DNA of 57,501 bases from an uncultured Candidatus Saccharibacteria bacterium (GTDB lineage: Bacteria > Patescibacteriota > Saccharimonadia > Saccharimonadales > CAYZZS01). Within the stretch, counting starts at the first letter, position 1, and each line of letters opens with the position of its first letter. Below are positions 9,122-21,513 of this stretch, piece by piece. The position numbers and the translations under genes are program-made. The notes under the pieces were generated by a model. That model searched no databases, had not been told where the DNA came from, and saw only the letters and a program-made list of their open reading frames with translations. Location of the stretch: positions 1 through 57,501 of the forward strand of contig CAYZZS010000005.1 in NCBI GenBank assembly GCA_964483035.1. The letters run 5' to 3'.

Positions 9122-9931
9122 ATGGACAAGGTTAATGATCAGACCGGCCGAACCGCAGCAAGTATCGAATTATTCGATACGCACTGCCATATCCATTTTC
9201 CGGATTATGGGATAGATCCCGATGAGGCGATTGATAGTGCCCGAGAAGCGGGCGTAACCCGTCTGTTGTGTGTTGGCTGTAGTCTCTCCGATAGCAAGCT
9301 TGGTGTTGATTTCGCTAGGCGGCGCAAGAATGTGTGGGCGACCATTGGATTGCATCCGCATGAGGCATCGGTGTACGTGAACGATCATGGCGCTTTGCAG
9401 CAATTCCGTGAATTGGCCAGCGAGAAAGAGGTTGTGGCAATCGGCGAAACAGGACTGGATTACCATTACATGCACTCCTCAAAAAAAGATCAACAACAGA
9501 TACTTCGCTTTCAATTGACGCTGGCTAGCGAGCTTCGTCTGCCGCTAGTACTGCACATTCGCAGCGCGTTCGACGATTTCTGGCCGATCTTTGACAAATA
9601 TCCAGGCCTTACGGGGGTAGTGCACAGTTTTTCTTCGGTGAAAAAGGATGTAGATAACGCACTGCAGCGCGGATTGTACATTGGTCTGAACGGCATTATG
9701 ACCTTCACGAGAGACGAGCAGCAGCTTGCGGCCGCTAAAGCAGTTCCGTTAGATAGATTACTCCTTGAAACTGACGCGCCGTTCTTGACTCCCAAGCCTT
9801 TTCGTGGTAAAATCTGTGAGCCTAAACATGTGCGGGTAACCGCGGAGTTCTTATCTGAATTAAGAAACGAATCGCTCGAGCAGTTAGCTGCCGCAGCGAA
9901 CATGAACGCACGTAAACTTTTTAAGATATAG
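9122..9931 (+). CDS. tatD: TatD family metal-dependent hydrolase/DNase
   Basis: FDTHCHIHF, GETGLDYHY, VLHIRSA, VVHSFS and ETDAPFL motifs of the TatD family. Confidence 0.9.
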   Translation: MDKVNDQTGRTAASIELFDTHCHIHFPDYGIDPDEAIDSAREAGVTRLLCVGCSLSDSKLGVDFARRRKNVWATIGLHPHEASVYVNDHGALQQFRELASEKEVVAIGETGLDYHYMHSSKKDQQQILRFQLTLASELRLPLVLHIRSAFDDFWPIFDKYPGLTGVVHSFSSVKKDVDNALQRGLYIGLNGIMTFTRDEQQLAAAKAVPLDRLLLETDAPFLTPKPFRGKICEPKHVRVTAEFLSELRNESLEQLAAAANMNARKLFKI

Positions 9932-9934
9932 CTT

Positions 9935-10450
9935 ATGAATATTTATCCTAATAATGCTGAACAGTCATTTGACGGCGAAAGTGTCGTCAGTGAGGTTATT
10001 TATAGCCGCTTGGCAGAGCTTGACGGCGGGCTGTTCGGCATTGAGCAGGCCGGTAATTATATGGAGCAGATGAACGCTCGGCTGAATCCGGTTGCTGCTC
10101 CGGCAGTCTCGAATGTCGTATCCATGGAACAGTATCCTCTGCCGTCCCGTCGCGAAGCTCCAGTTGCTCAGCAGGCTGCACCTTCAGAAGTGTCGCAAGC
10201 CGCTGAAGTCACGGAGCGCCAAGCTGCAGAGTCTAGCCAGGAGCCTGCTGATGAATTAGACGCCGCCCGCCGGGCTGTAGCTATGGCCCATGAGGATCAG
10301 GAGGCTCAATCACAAGCTTCACTGTACGCTGCGCCAACTGCTACTAACGGCTTTCTAAATCCGAATAGCGAGACTGATAATGTCGTGGCCATTGATAAAA
10401 ACGACCGTCTGTACAAGGAGTGGTACGGTGAAGGGGAGAGGGCGGCATGA
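9935..10450 (+). CDS. hypothetical acidic, low-complexity protein
   Basis: 171-aa ORF rich in A, E and Q. Its stop overlaps the next start (ATGA). Confidence 0.5.
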   Translation: MNIYPNNAEQSFDGESVVSEVIYSRLAELDGGLFGIEQAGNYMEQMNARLNPVAAPAVSNVVSMEQYPLPSRREAPVAQQAAPSEVSQAAEVTERQAAESSQEPADELDAARRAVAMAHEDQEAQSQASLYAAPTATNGFLNPNSETDNVVAIDKNDRLYKEWYGEGERAA

Positions 10451-10818
10451 TTTTCAAAAAGATGATTACGAACATGACTGCACAGAAGCAGCAGAACCGC
10501 CGTGCTGAGCTATACCGGAACCTTATACGCCATGAGGCCAAGTTGGGCGGCACATTGTTTGGTCCGGTTGATAAAGACGGCCGCCGTGAGTTCTTCTGCC
10601 TGGATCGCAATACCTGGATTTGGCACGAGGAGTGGCTGGACCAGAATGGCCAGCTGCAGATCAAGACGACTCGCTACGATATCCGGCCGAATGGGATACT
10701 GAAAGCTCAGGACGGTCAGCAGTACCAGGCGGTTTCTATTGAAGAGGCCCGTCGGTTGCGTGAAGCGGCCCGTATGTATGTCCAGCGGGTCAAGTCTGAA
10801 ATCTACCAACGCGCTTAA
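10447..10818 (+). CDS. hypothetical basic protein
   Basis: 123-aa ORF translationally coupled to the upstream ORF. No motif recognised. Confidence 0.5.
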   Translation: MIFKKMITNMTAQKQQNRRAELYRNLIRHEAKLGGTLFGPVDKDGRREFFCLDRNTWIWHEEWLDQNGQLQIKTTRYDIRPNGILKAQDGQQYQAVSIEEARRLREAARMYVQRVKSEIYQRA

Positions 10819-10882
10819 GGTTCCATATCTCACGAAGTGTCAGAAGGGTAGGTAGTGGCGGTAGCTATGCCGTACACTGAGT

Positions 10883-12040
10883 ATGTTTATGAAACAGAAT
10901 ATTTATATGGATTATGCGGCAACGACGCCTCTCGATAGCGAGGTGCTTGCGGCTATGCGTCCATTTCTTGAGGGGCGGTTTTACAATCCGTCGGCCGGGT
11001 ACCTGGCAGCCCATGAGGTGGCCAAGGATCTTGAAGCGGCGCGGGCTGATGTTGCCCGACTGCTTGGCGCGCGTCCAGCGGAGCTAGTGTTCACCGCCGG
11101 TGGGACCGAAGCTAATAATCTGGCAATCCAGGGCATCATGCGCGCCCACCCAGGTGCCAATATTATTACGAGCAGCGTTGAGCATGACTCGGTTTTGGAG
11201 CCGGCTGGTCTGTTTAAGCATAAACGTGCCTCGGTAAGTGCCGAAGGGGTGGTTGATGTCACGAAGCTTCAGGCACTAATCGACGAGCAGACAGTGCTGA
11301 TTAGTGTCATGTATGTAAATAATGAAGTAGGCTCTATCCAGCCTATCCGAGAAATCGCCAGCCTGCTGGCTGAGATTCGGGTTGAGCGGCGCCGGTCAGG
11401 CAATCAGTTACCGCTGCTGTTCCATACCGATGCCTGTCAGGCGGGGCAGTATCTGGATTTGCATGTTTCACGGCTCGGGGTGGATATGATGACGATAAAC
11501 GCTGGCAAGGTGTACGGCCCGAAACAGTGCGGAGCGCTGTATGTAAAGGCCGGTATCGATCTTCGGCCGCTGGTTTTAGGCGGCGGTCAGGAGCGCGGGC
11601 TGCGGAGCGGTACGGAAAACGTGGCTAATATTGTAGGCTTTGCGAAAGCGCTGACTAAGGCGCAGGACATGCGACGGGAGGAAGCTGCGCGGGTGAGTGG
11701 GCTTCAGCGCTTGTTTATTGATGAGTTGACCTCACAGGTGCCGCAAGCAATCGTAAACGGTCCAAAGAAAAACCGATTACCCAACAACGTGCACGTTACA
11801 ATCCCGGGAATGGATAATGAGCGGTTGATGATGGAGCTTGATGAGCGTGGCATACAGTGTGCGACCGGTTCGGCTTGCGCTGCCAGCAGCGAAGACCCGT
11901 CACATGTACTTCAGGCGATGGGTATGAGTGATGCTGACGCCCAGGCCAGCCTACGTTTTACTATGGGGCGGGGCACTTCTGAGGCGGATGTCCGGACAAC
12001 GGTAAAGTCAATTGCCGAATGCCTTGGCGTTAGTGCGTAA
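10883..12040 (+). CDS. cysteine desulfurase (NifS/IscS class, PLP-dependent)
   Basis: SSVEHDSV, HTDACQAGQ, PLP-lysine region NAGKVYGPK, SGTENV, catalytic loop ATGSACAAS. Confidence 0.9.
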   Translation: MFMKQNIYMDYAATTPLDSEVLAAMRPFLEGRFYNPSAGYLAAHEVAKDLEAARADVARLLGARPAELVFTAGGTEANNLAIQGIMRAHPGANIITSSVEHDSVLEPAGLFKHKRASVSAEGVVDVTKLQALIDEQTVLISVMYVNNEVGSIQPIREIASLLAEIRVERRRSGNQLPLLFHTDACQAGQYLDLHVSRLGVDMMTINAGKVYGPKQCGALYVKAGIDLRPLVLGGGQERGLRSGTENVANIVGFAKALTKAQDMRREEAARVSGLQRLFIDELTSQVPQAIVNGPKKNRLPNNVHVTIPGMDNERLMMELDERGIQCATGSACAASSEDPSHVLQAMGMSDADAQASLRFTMGRGTSEADVRTTVKSIAECLGVSA

Positions 12041-12086
12041 AAGCGTTATAGTATAAGCGTAAGCATGCAACGAATACAAACAAGCC

Positions 12087-12917
12087 ATGAAAATCAAGAG
12101 AATCGTTTCATCCCTGCTCCTGGGCGTCTGTCTGATAGCCGGCTACGCAGGCAATAGCGGCGCACAATCGGCTCCGCAGAACTTCGGTGCTGACAGTCAG
12201 CTTCAGATTGGTACTATCGTTGAGCTAAACGAGGAGGATTCTTCGAAGGTTCAGGCGGCAACACAGCAGCATCTGGAGAGCATGTTCGGTGTCGTTATTG
12301 ATCCCAGCGAGCAGCCGCTGACGATTACTGATTCGTCCAAGCCGAACCAAGTGTTCGTGGCGACAAGCGGCAAGTATCGGGTGCTGGTGACGGATGAGAA
12401 CGGGCCGATTAGCACCAGTGATAATATCACTTTGTCTTCGCTGAATGGTACGGCAATGAAGGCCAGCAATAAACAGAGTATGATCTTCGGCAGGGCGCTG
12501 GAGAGTTTTGACGGGCAGAATGGCAAGCTGACGACCGTGCAGCTTAAAGATACTAACGGCGATCCGTATCAGAACGTAAATATCGGGCTAATATCTGTTG
12601 CAATCGACATTCGCAATAATCCGGACGTTCTTAGCACCAAGACGCGACTGCCGGATTTCCTAGAGGAAGTTGGCCTGCAGATTGCTGAAAAGCCTGTCAG
12701 CCCAGTCCGGCTGTATGTCAGCGTCGGTGTCATGGCACTGAGTGTCATGATCGCCCTAGTCATACTTATTACTGGAATTAGAAACAGTATAATCTCCATT
12801 GGCCGCAATCCTTTGTCGCGCAATACCATCATCCGGGCGTTGCTACAGATATTTTTCGCGAGCTTTATTGTTTTAATTATCGGTGCATTTGCGGTATATT
12901 TACTACTAAAGTTATAA
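12087..12917 (+). CDS. exported protein with a C-terminal two-helix hairpin resembling ATP synthase subunit c (no carboxylate)
   Basis: Signal peptide (LLLGVCLIAGYAGNSGAQS), an exo-domain of about 190 aa, then helix-GRNP-helix at the C-terminus. Occupies the atpB/atpE slot directly upstream of the b-like gene. Confidence 0.7.
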   Translation: MKIKRIVSSLLLGVCLIAGYAGNSGAQSAPQNFGADSQLQIGTIVELNEEDSSKVQAATQQHLESMFGVVIDPSEQPLTITDSSKPNQVFVATSGKYRVLVTDENGPISTSDNITLSSLNGTAMKASNKQSMIFGRALESFDGQNGKLTTVQLKDTNGDPYQNVNIGLISVAIDIRNNPDVLSTKTRLPDFLEEVGLQIAEKPVSPVRLYVSVGVMALSVMIALVILITGIRNSIISIGRNPLSRNTIIRALLQIFFASFIVLIIGAFAVYLLLKL

Positions 12918-12942
12918 GCATGAGCGAGGTGGGGCGGAAGAT

Positions 12943-13560
12943 ATGACAGTATGGTGGCTGGCACTGACGTTAATAAGCCTGGCGGCGGTGGCTGCTGCCT
13001 TTGTTTGGATGACGTACCGGTTAAGTCATATCCAGCAAACTATCATCAATATGCAGACCGAGACCTACGAGCGTATTGCCACTCAGAGCGCCGAACAGGT
13101 CTTTAACGAGGAATTCCGCCAGGAGCTCCGTAACCGCGGACGCTTGCACTTTGAGAAGATTATCAGTGAAAACTCGATGTTCTTAAAGCAGGACTTGCAG
13201 CTGACCACGTCGCAGATTAACGAATACATGAAGAAAGAGGTCAGCCGCAAGTTACAGGAGGAGTTTGCCAATTACGAGCGTTCGATGCATGACGCCCAGG
13301 CAATGGCAATAGACGTCATTAAGAAGACGATTACAGCGGTAGACAAGCAGCGTGTCGAGCTAGCGCAGCAGCTTGAGGTGGCGCTGGAGAAGCAGAAGCA
13401 CGAGAGTATCCAGGCATTTGAAGAGCATATGACCGAAGTTGTCACCCATTATCTTGCGGAAGCGTTTGGTGATGGGGTGGCGCTCGAAGATCAGATGGGC
13501 TACATCATGGAGCAGCTTGAAGCGAACAAAGAAGCTATGAAGAGGGACATGTATTCATGA
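12943..13560 (+). CDS. atpF: ATP synthase subunit b-like stator stalk protein
   Basis: Single N-terminal TM helix followed by a charged helix of about 170 aa. Position and ATGA coupling to the delta-like gene. Confidence 0.55.
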   Translation: MTVWWLALTLISLAAVAAAFVWMTYRLSHIQQTIINMQTETYERIATQSAEQVFNEEFRQELRNRGRLHFEKIISENSMFLKQDLQLTTSQINEYMKKEVSRKLQEEFANYERSMHDAQAMAIDVIKKTITAVDKQRVELAQQLEVALEKQKHESIQAFEEHMTEVVTHYLAEAFGDGVALEDQMGYIMEQLEANKEAMKRDMYS

Positions 13561-14063
13561 ATCAGGCCGCAGCTTCAGCACCGGCTGGTCAGGTCTTTCG
13601 GTTGCCTGCCACCGTAGTGAGCCGTTCGGATATCTCCCGGCTGCTACGGGCACTTGAGATGATCGAGAACACCTTAGGGGCTGAAAAGATCCGCGGCCAG
13701 CAAATGCGCCTGCCAAAATCCAGCAGCGTACTGGCACAGGTCGCTGAAGCAAATAGCTACGACCTGTTGAAGGAGGGGCACCGCAAGGAGTTAGTTGCCA
13801 GGCTCCGGCAGCTGCGAAGCGACAGCCCGATCTTCCATATCACGTTTGCTGAAGAGCCGCACCCAGATGTGGTGGAGCAGATTGTTGCGTGGGTGCGGAA
13901 TAATCTGCATCAGTACGCGTTGGTTCGTGTTGGGTTGAGGTCCTCCCTGCTGGCTGGCTGTGAGGTGCGAACACCCAGTCACGTGTACAAGTTCGGCATC
14001 TTGGCCTTTTTCAATAGTAAAAAAGATCTGCTACGTAAGAGGATTCCGTTTGCCAAAGTATGA
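13557..14063 (+). CDS. atpH: ATP synthase delta (OSCP)-like subunit, short N-domain
   Basis: C-terminal region (IFHITFAEEP...ALVRVGLRSSLLAGCEVRT) follows the delta C-domain pattern. Position is between the b-like gene and alpha. ATGA overlaps on both sides. Confidence 0.55.
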   Translation: MNQAAASAPAGQVFRLPATVVSRSDISRLLRALEMIENTLGAEKIRGQQMRLPKSSSVLAQVAEANSYDLLKEGHRKELVARLRQLRSDSPIFHITFAEEPHPDVVEQIVAWVRNNLHQYALVRVGLRSSLLAGCEVRTPSHVYKFGILAFFNSKKDLLRKRIPFAKV

Positions 14064-15768
14064 GTAACCGTCAATTCGAAGAACTGATCGCAAAAGGGCA
14101 CTCCGTCGGCGAGATCGTCGGCGTAGACCGCTTCTTGGTGCGCGTCAAAGGTTTGCAGCCGATTAACGTGCATGCCTTGGTTCAGTTCGAAGATGGCAGC
14201 AAGGGTTACGTACATCACATTTACGAAGATTATGTCGTGGTGCTGCACCTTGGCACGGAGAGTCTGCGCGTTGGTATGGTGGCGGTTGTCCAGCACCCGA
14301 CGCTGGTGACTAAAGTGGGTAAGAACTATATCGGCCGGGTAGTTACAATATTCGGCGAACCACTGGACGGCAAAGGCCCGATTCCGGCAGATGACGTACT
14401 GCCGGTGTTCAATAAGGCACCGATGCTGTACGAGCGTGAATTGCTTGACACCCAGCTGGAGACTGGCGTGACCGTGCTAGATACGATGTTTTCACTGGTG
14501 CGGGGCCAGCGTATGGCTATCCTGGGTGACAGTAAGAGTGGTAAGACAACCCTGACGACCCAGATTGCTATTAACCAGCGCAGTACCGATATCATTGTGA
14601 TTTATGTATTGATTGCCAAGCGCCACAGTGACGTTAGTCAGCTGCTGGACCGGCTGCAGAAAAACGGCGCCATGGATACAGCTATCGTGGTCGTGGCTAC
14701 TATGTTTGAATCTTTGATTGTGAACTACCTAGCGCCGTATATCGGCTGTTCGCTTGGTGAGTATCTCTGGCAGTATTGCGATATGGATACACTGGTGATT
14801 TATGACGACCTTACCAGTCATGCCCAAGCATACCGGGAAATTTCACTTATTGCCGGTGTCAGCCCAGGCCGTGACTCGTATCCTGGTGACTCCTTCTATA
14901 TCCACTCCTCGCTGGTGGAGCGTGCTGGTAAGCTGAACCGCAACCACAAGAGTCAGACCGTGCTGCCGATTGTCTACGCTCCGAACGGTGACATCACGGC
15001 GTATCTACCGACCAACGTTATGTCCATGACTGACGGTCAGTGGATTCTGGATATGGCTGTGTTCCGTGACACTATGCGTCCGGCAATCAGCACTGGCCTG
15101 AGTGTGACCCGTGTCGGTGGTGTCGGCCAGAATAGCCGCCAGAAGAAATTAACCGGAATGATGGGTAAGGCGATTGCAGCGTATAAGCAAGCAGAAGAAT
15201 ATGCACACTTTGGTTCTGAGCTCTCAGCTGAGGCCACGGCTAACCTGGAGAAGGGGCGTAACCTCTATGCACTCATGAACCAGATTCCCGGTGAGACCTA
15301 TGATCTGTTGAGTCAGCAGCTGATGCTCGATATTGTCCTGAACCTGAAGCCGGAAGAGATGATAGATCTGCCGAAGCTGAAGTCAATGGTGGCGGAGTTC
15401 GCCAGCCAGATACGGGAGGAATCGCCGGAGGATGAAAGCAGTAACTTCAATACCTTACGTGATCAGCTCAAGGCGCAGTGTCTGCTGACCGAGGCTGACA
15501 AGGCCCGCCTGGAGCAGGAGAAGCTGGAGAGGCAGCGCCGTGAACTGAAGGAGCTTGCGGAGCGTGATAATAGTCCAGATGCGCTTGGCGGCGGGGGCGC
15601 GCAGGATGGAGGCCAGCCAGCTCAGCAGCAGGCTTCCGAGGCTAAGCCGGAAGAGCCAGGCAAAGAAGGTCAGCCGCCAGCAGAAGAGGGCCAGAAGCCC
15701 GCAGAACCGCAAAAGCCTGAAGAAGAAGCCGCACAGCCGGCCGAACCACCCAAAGAGGAGGCTAAGAC

Positions 15769-15772
<4 letters not shown>
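14060..15772 (+). CDS. atpA: F-type ATPase alpha subunit with a C-terminal low-complexity extension of about 90 aa
   Basis: P-loop GDSKSGKTT (variant of GDRQTGKT). YDDLTSHAQAYREISL..PGRDSYPGDSFYIHSSLVERA and PTNVMSMTDGQ match alpha. 570 aa. Confidence 0.9.
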
Positions 15773-18271
<2,499 letters not shown>

Positions 18272-18296
18272 CAGGGTTGCGGCGGCCCCGTCCTAC

Positions 18297-19301
18297 TTAT
18301 TCAATAACGATATAGTTATAGCTAAGCGCCCGGCCTGTCAGCGGCGCATTGGCCGAGCAGACTGAGAAGCCGCTGGTGGTGCGCGTTACATAGTATTGGA
18401 TCCGGGCAGCATCAGCTGAGGCCGGAGTAATGACAACCGTTGGCTGTGCGCGATATTCCTGTACGAAGTTCACGGTAGCCATGCAGCCAGCGCTGGTGCT
18501 GCTGCCGGTGTTGATATTGACCGTACCAGCCGTGTCGGAGCCGCTGACGGATGAGGTGCCGCCGGTACCGATGCTGCCGCCATTGCTGGTGCTGGGGCGC
18601 GGTCCGTTGGCAGCGATGTGATTATTAATTTCAAAGACACCGGTACCGCTCAGAATCAGTTCACTGGCGGCGATTCTGCCGGCGGTAATATTGCCGTTGA
18701 ATGTCGTGTTGCCGCTGACATTTAGATCGTTTTGGAGCGTCAGGTCGCCTTGGATCATCATAGAGCTGGCCACTGCCAATGAGTTGACCTGGACATCATT
18801 CAGATTTGAGTTACCAGATACGGTCAGACTCGGGATGGACAGGGTGGAGCCCAGCTGCAAGTTACCGGCAATATTAGCGTTACCGCGGATCAGTACCTGC
18901 CCGCCGAATACAGCACTGGATTGCACGTTAAGTATTTGTGAGGGGTCGCCGATGGTTGCCTCGCCGATGGTTGCTAGCTCTTCGGCAGTGCTCTGTGCCA
19001 GCTCTTCGAGCGAGACTGTTGGCGGCGGCGTTTCTACGCGACTGTTGAGATATGAGACAACAAATACCGCTCCGGCAATGATGATAAGTAACAAGAAGAA
19101 CAGCAAGTAAACGTTTATCCTGCGGAAGAAATCCTTGATTTTATTGGGCTTTTTCGGCTTTGGCTCGTCAGCTTGCGGCTGCTCCTCATTAGCGTTAGCC
19201 TCATTTTTGCTGCCCTCACTGATGGCATCAAGTGAGTTGATACTCCCTTGTTCTTGCTCTAGGGCATCTTCTGGTACTGATTGTTGGTTTTGTTGCTCCA
19301 T
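18297..19301 (-). CDS. membrane-anchored extracellular beta-helix repeat protein
   Basis: Acidic N-terminus, TM helix (VYLLFFLLLIIIAGAVFVV), then repetitive G-N/L-x-V/L strands (IRGNANIAGNLQLGS..LTVSGNSNLNDVQVNS..IQGDLTLQNDLNVSGNTTFNGNITAG). Confidence 0.65.
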   Translation of the reverse strand: MEQQNQQSVPEDALEQEQGSINSLDAISEGSKNEANANEEQPQADEPKPKKPNKIKDFFRRINVYLLFFLLLIIIAGAVFVVSYLNSRVETPPPTVSLEELAQSTAEELATIGEATIGDPSQILNVQSSAVFGGQVLIRGNANIAGNLQLGSTLSIPSLTVSGNSNLNDVQVNSLAVASSMMIQGDLTLQNDLNVSGNTTFNGNITAGRIAASELILSGTGVFEINNHIAANGPRPSTSNGGSIGTGGTSSVSGSDTAGTVNINTGSSTSAGCMATVNFVQEYRAQPTVVITPASADAARIQYYVTRTTSGFSVCSANAPLTGRALSYNYIVIE

Positions 19302-19397
19302 ACGAATAGCGATAGTCTTATGTACAATAATACTAGAGTTTATGAAAAAGCGTAAACGGATTGTGTTTTAGCGGTCCATGTTGCACAATAACAAGCA

Positions 19398-20132
19398 ATG
19401 AATGCGTGGAAGAAATCCGGTATTTTTGCTGCCGCAAGTGCTGTGGTTTTCTCATTGACCGGTGGCATGGTGCTGGCACAATCCTCCTCATCATCAAATA
19501 GCTACCGGCTGGAAGAGGCAAGCTTTAACAGTGCCGGCCAGTTCAGTGCCAGTTCGGAGAGTTATGGCGCGCAGAGCGCATTAGGTGCCATGCCCTACGG
19601 CTCGCTGACGAGCGAAGAATATGCAGCAATTGGTGGATTTAACACTTCAGAGCCCTATCTGGAGGCGCTGCTAACTAATGGTGCTATGGATTTCGGTGAG
19701 GTTGATCCCAGTACGACTGGCTCCGGTACTGCGCAGATCCGGGTACGAAGCTATCTGAGCAGCGGCTACGTATTGATGTTGAACGGCACACCGCCGCTGC
19801 AGGTCGGACATACCATTGCGGCACTGACTAGTCCCAGTACTTCGGCTGCTGGTGTGGAGCAGTTCGGCGTTAACTTGCGGGCAAATAGCTCACCGGAAAT
19901 TGGTGCCGACCCGGTATTTGACCCAAGCGGTGAATTTGCCTTTGGTGCACCTGCAGTTGATTACAATACGGCGAACCTCTTCAAGTACGAGAGCGGCGAT
20001 ATTATTGCCAGCAGCGATAAAAGCACCGCCGATACAATCTATACACTTTCGGTTATTATGAATGTCTCCAACCTCACGCCTGCCGGCATCTATACATCGG
20101 CAATCTCCGCTGTTATTGTGCCGACGTTCTAA
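19398..20132 (+). CDS. secreted single-domain surface/fibre subunit (PAGxY-tail family, paralog A)
   Basis: Signal peptide. GVEQFGVNLRAN. C-terminal NLTPAGIYTSAISAVIVPTF-stop. CACAAT -10 box about 8 nt before the ATG. Confidence 0.75.
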   Translation: MNAWKKSGIFAAASAVVFSLTGGMVLAQSSSSSNSYRLEEASFNSAGQFSASSESYGAQSALGAMPYGSLTSEEYAAIGGFNTSEPYLEALLTNGAMDFGEVDPSTTGSGTAQIRVRSYLSSGYVLMLNGTPPLQVGHTIAALTSPSTSAAGVEQFGVNLRANSSPEIGADPVFDPSGEFAFGAPAVDYNTANLFKYESGDIIASSDKSTADTIYTLSVIMNVSNLTPAGIYTSAISAVIVPTF

Positions 20133-20159
20133 GTAAGATCCATCCTATAAATAAAAAGC

Positions 20160-20188
20160 TTAACAATTATTGACACGTGTGCTACACT
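20160..20188 (+). promoter_or_regulatory. putative promoter of paralog B (TTAACA-17-TACACT)
   Basis: The -10 box and the downstream A-rich leader (CCTGTATCAGCTAAAACAAAAAA..AGGAG) are conserved upstream of paralog C. Confidence 0.45.
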
Positions 20189-20231
20189 GCGCCTGTATCA
20201 GCTAAAACAAAAAACACAACAAGGAGCAGCA

Positions 20232-21386
20232 ATGATACACATAAGAAGCCTCGTGCAGCGTATGTTGTATATTGCGATTGCTGCCACTTTGCTATTATCT
20301 GTTTCTTTGTTTGCGCTGCTGAACCGAGCTGTAGCCGCTGCTGAAATCTACGAGCGAAGCCTGGCAATAAGCGATTCAGCACCTGGCGCAGAAGTGACCC
20401 ATACTTATACCTTCAAGATGCCAAAAGGGACAAACTACACTATCGATGCCATTACGATAGAATACTGTACCACTGCGTTCGGTTACGTAGGTGCCGGTCG
20501 CTGCGCCGGTGCAGATGAGCCGATAGGCTTTGATTCATCTGCTGTTACTACGATGACGGTTTCTTCAAGCGGCGGCGATTCAGACTTATTTAATAGAGAC
20601 GGCTTTGCGCCGAACGTCGGAACAAATTATCTGGTTTTGGACTCTAGCACCAACGGTACCAGTGTTGTGGCGAATGATGTCGTTACCATAACTACCACCG
20701 GCGGTCATTTCGTCAACCCGAGTACGCCGGGTACCTTTTATGCGCGTATATATCTACACTCTGATCAAAACAATCTTAATGCCAGCATAGAGGTGGAGAG
20801 CACCGTCACCTCCTCAGTCGCCAACCAGATCAACCTGGAAACCCGCGTTGAGGAAACGCTGAACTTCTCGGTCGGTACGGCGAACGACGATGACACTGGT
20901 TGTGCCCCGCTGACCACCAACAATCTGCTGGAGCTGGGTGACCCAATCAACCACGCTCTGAGCACCACTCAGACCTACGATGAGCTGTCGTACTTCCGGA
21001 TTGCCACCAACGCCTCTAACGGCGCGCAGGTGCTGTACTCCGGTGATACGCTGAACAGCATCACCAACGCTGGTGACGACATCAACCCGGTCAATCCGAA
21101 GGATACTATCCAGGTAGGTGTTGAGCAGTTCGGTATAGTGATCGACGAAAGCGAGATAGACCTCACAGGTGCAGCTCTTGACCCAGCTGCCAACTACGCT
21201 GACGGTGGCACCAATCAGATCCACTTCGATGACGGCAGTGTCACAACTCCGGTTCCGGTTGCCGCTTCGACAGGGGCTATCGACTGTGAGACCGCTGCGG
21301 TCCGCTACGTTGCCAACATCAGCAACAGTACCCCAGCTGGTATTTACACCACGACCATCAGCTACATCGCGGTTCCGTCTTACTAG
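20232..21386 (+). CDS. secreted two-domain surface/fibre subunit (PAGxY-tail family, paralog B)
   Basis: Signal peptide ending AVAAA. EIYERSLAISDS strand, Cys pair (YCTTAFGYVGAGRC). C-domain with VEQFG and NSTPAGIYTTTISYIAVPSY-stop. Confidence 0.8.
   Translation: MIHIRSLVQRMLYIAIAATLLLSVSLFALLNRAVAAAEIYERSLAISDSAPGAEVTHTYTFKMPKGTNYTIDAITIEYCTTAFGYVGAGRCAGADEPIGFDSSAVTTMTVSSSGGDSDLFNRDGFAPNVGTNYLVLDSSTNGTSVVANDVVTITTTGGHFVNPSTPGTFYARIYLHSDQNNLNASIEVESTVTSSVANQINLETRVEETLNFSVGTANDDDTGCAPLTTNNLLELGDPINHALSTTQTYDELSYFRIATNASNGAQVLYSGDTLNSITNAGDDINPVNPKDTIQVGVEQFGIVIDESEIDLTGAALDPAANYADGGTNQIHFDDGSVTTPVPVAASTGAIDCETAAVRYVANISNSTPAGIYTTTISYIAVPSY
20800..21385 (+). repeat. 586-bp perfect direct repeat, copy 1 (3' half of paralog B)
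   Basis: Matches 22112-22697 at an offset of 1312 bp. Endpoints were compared base by base. Interior identity is inferred from identical translations of the ORFs in both frames and on both strands. Confidence 0.9.
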
Positions 21387-21483
21387 GGCCTTCAATTTAC
21401 TAATGCAAATCTGGGGTATATTCAGCACGGTTTTGTATTTTTGAAGCACAGTAAATCAGATAAAAAACCTGTGGATAAGCATC

Positions 21484-21513
21484 TTGTACAACAATAAGCG
21501 CTTATGCTACACT
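21484..21513 (+). promoter_or_regulatory. putative promoter of paralog C (TTGTAC-18-TACACT)
   Basis: Shares TGCTACACT..CCTGTATCA(G/A)CTAAAACAAAAAA..GGAG with the region upstream of paralog B. Confidence 0.45.
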
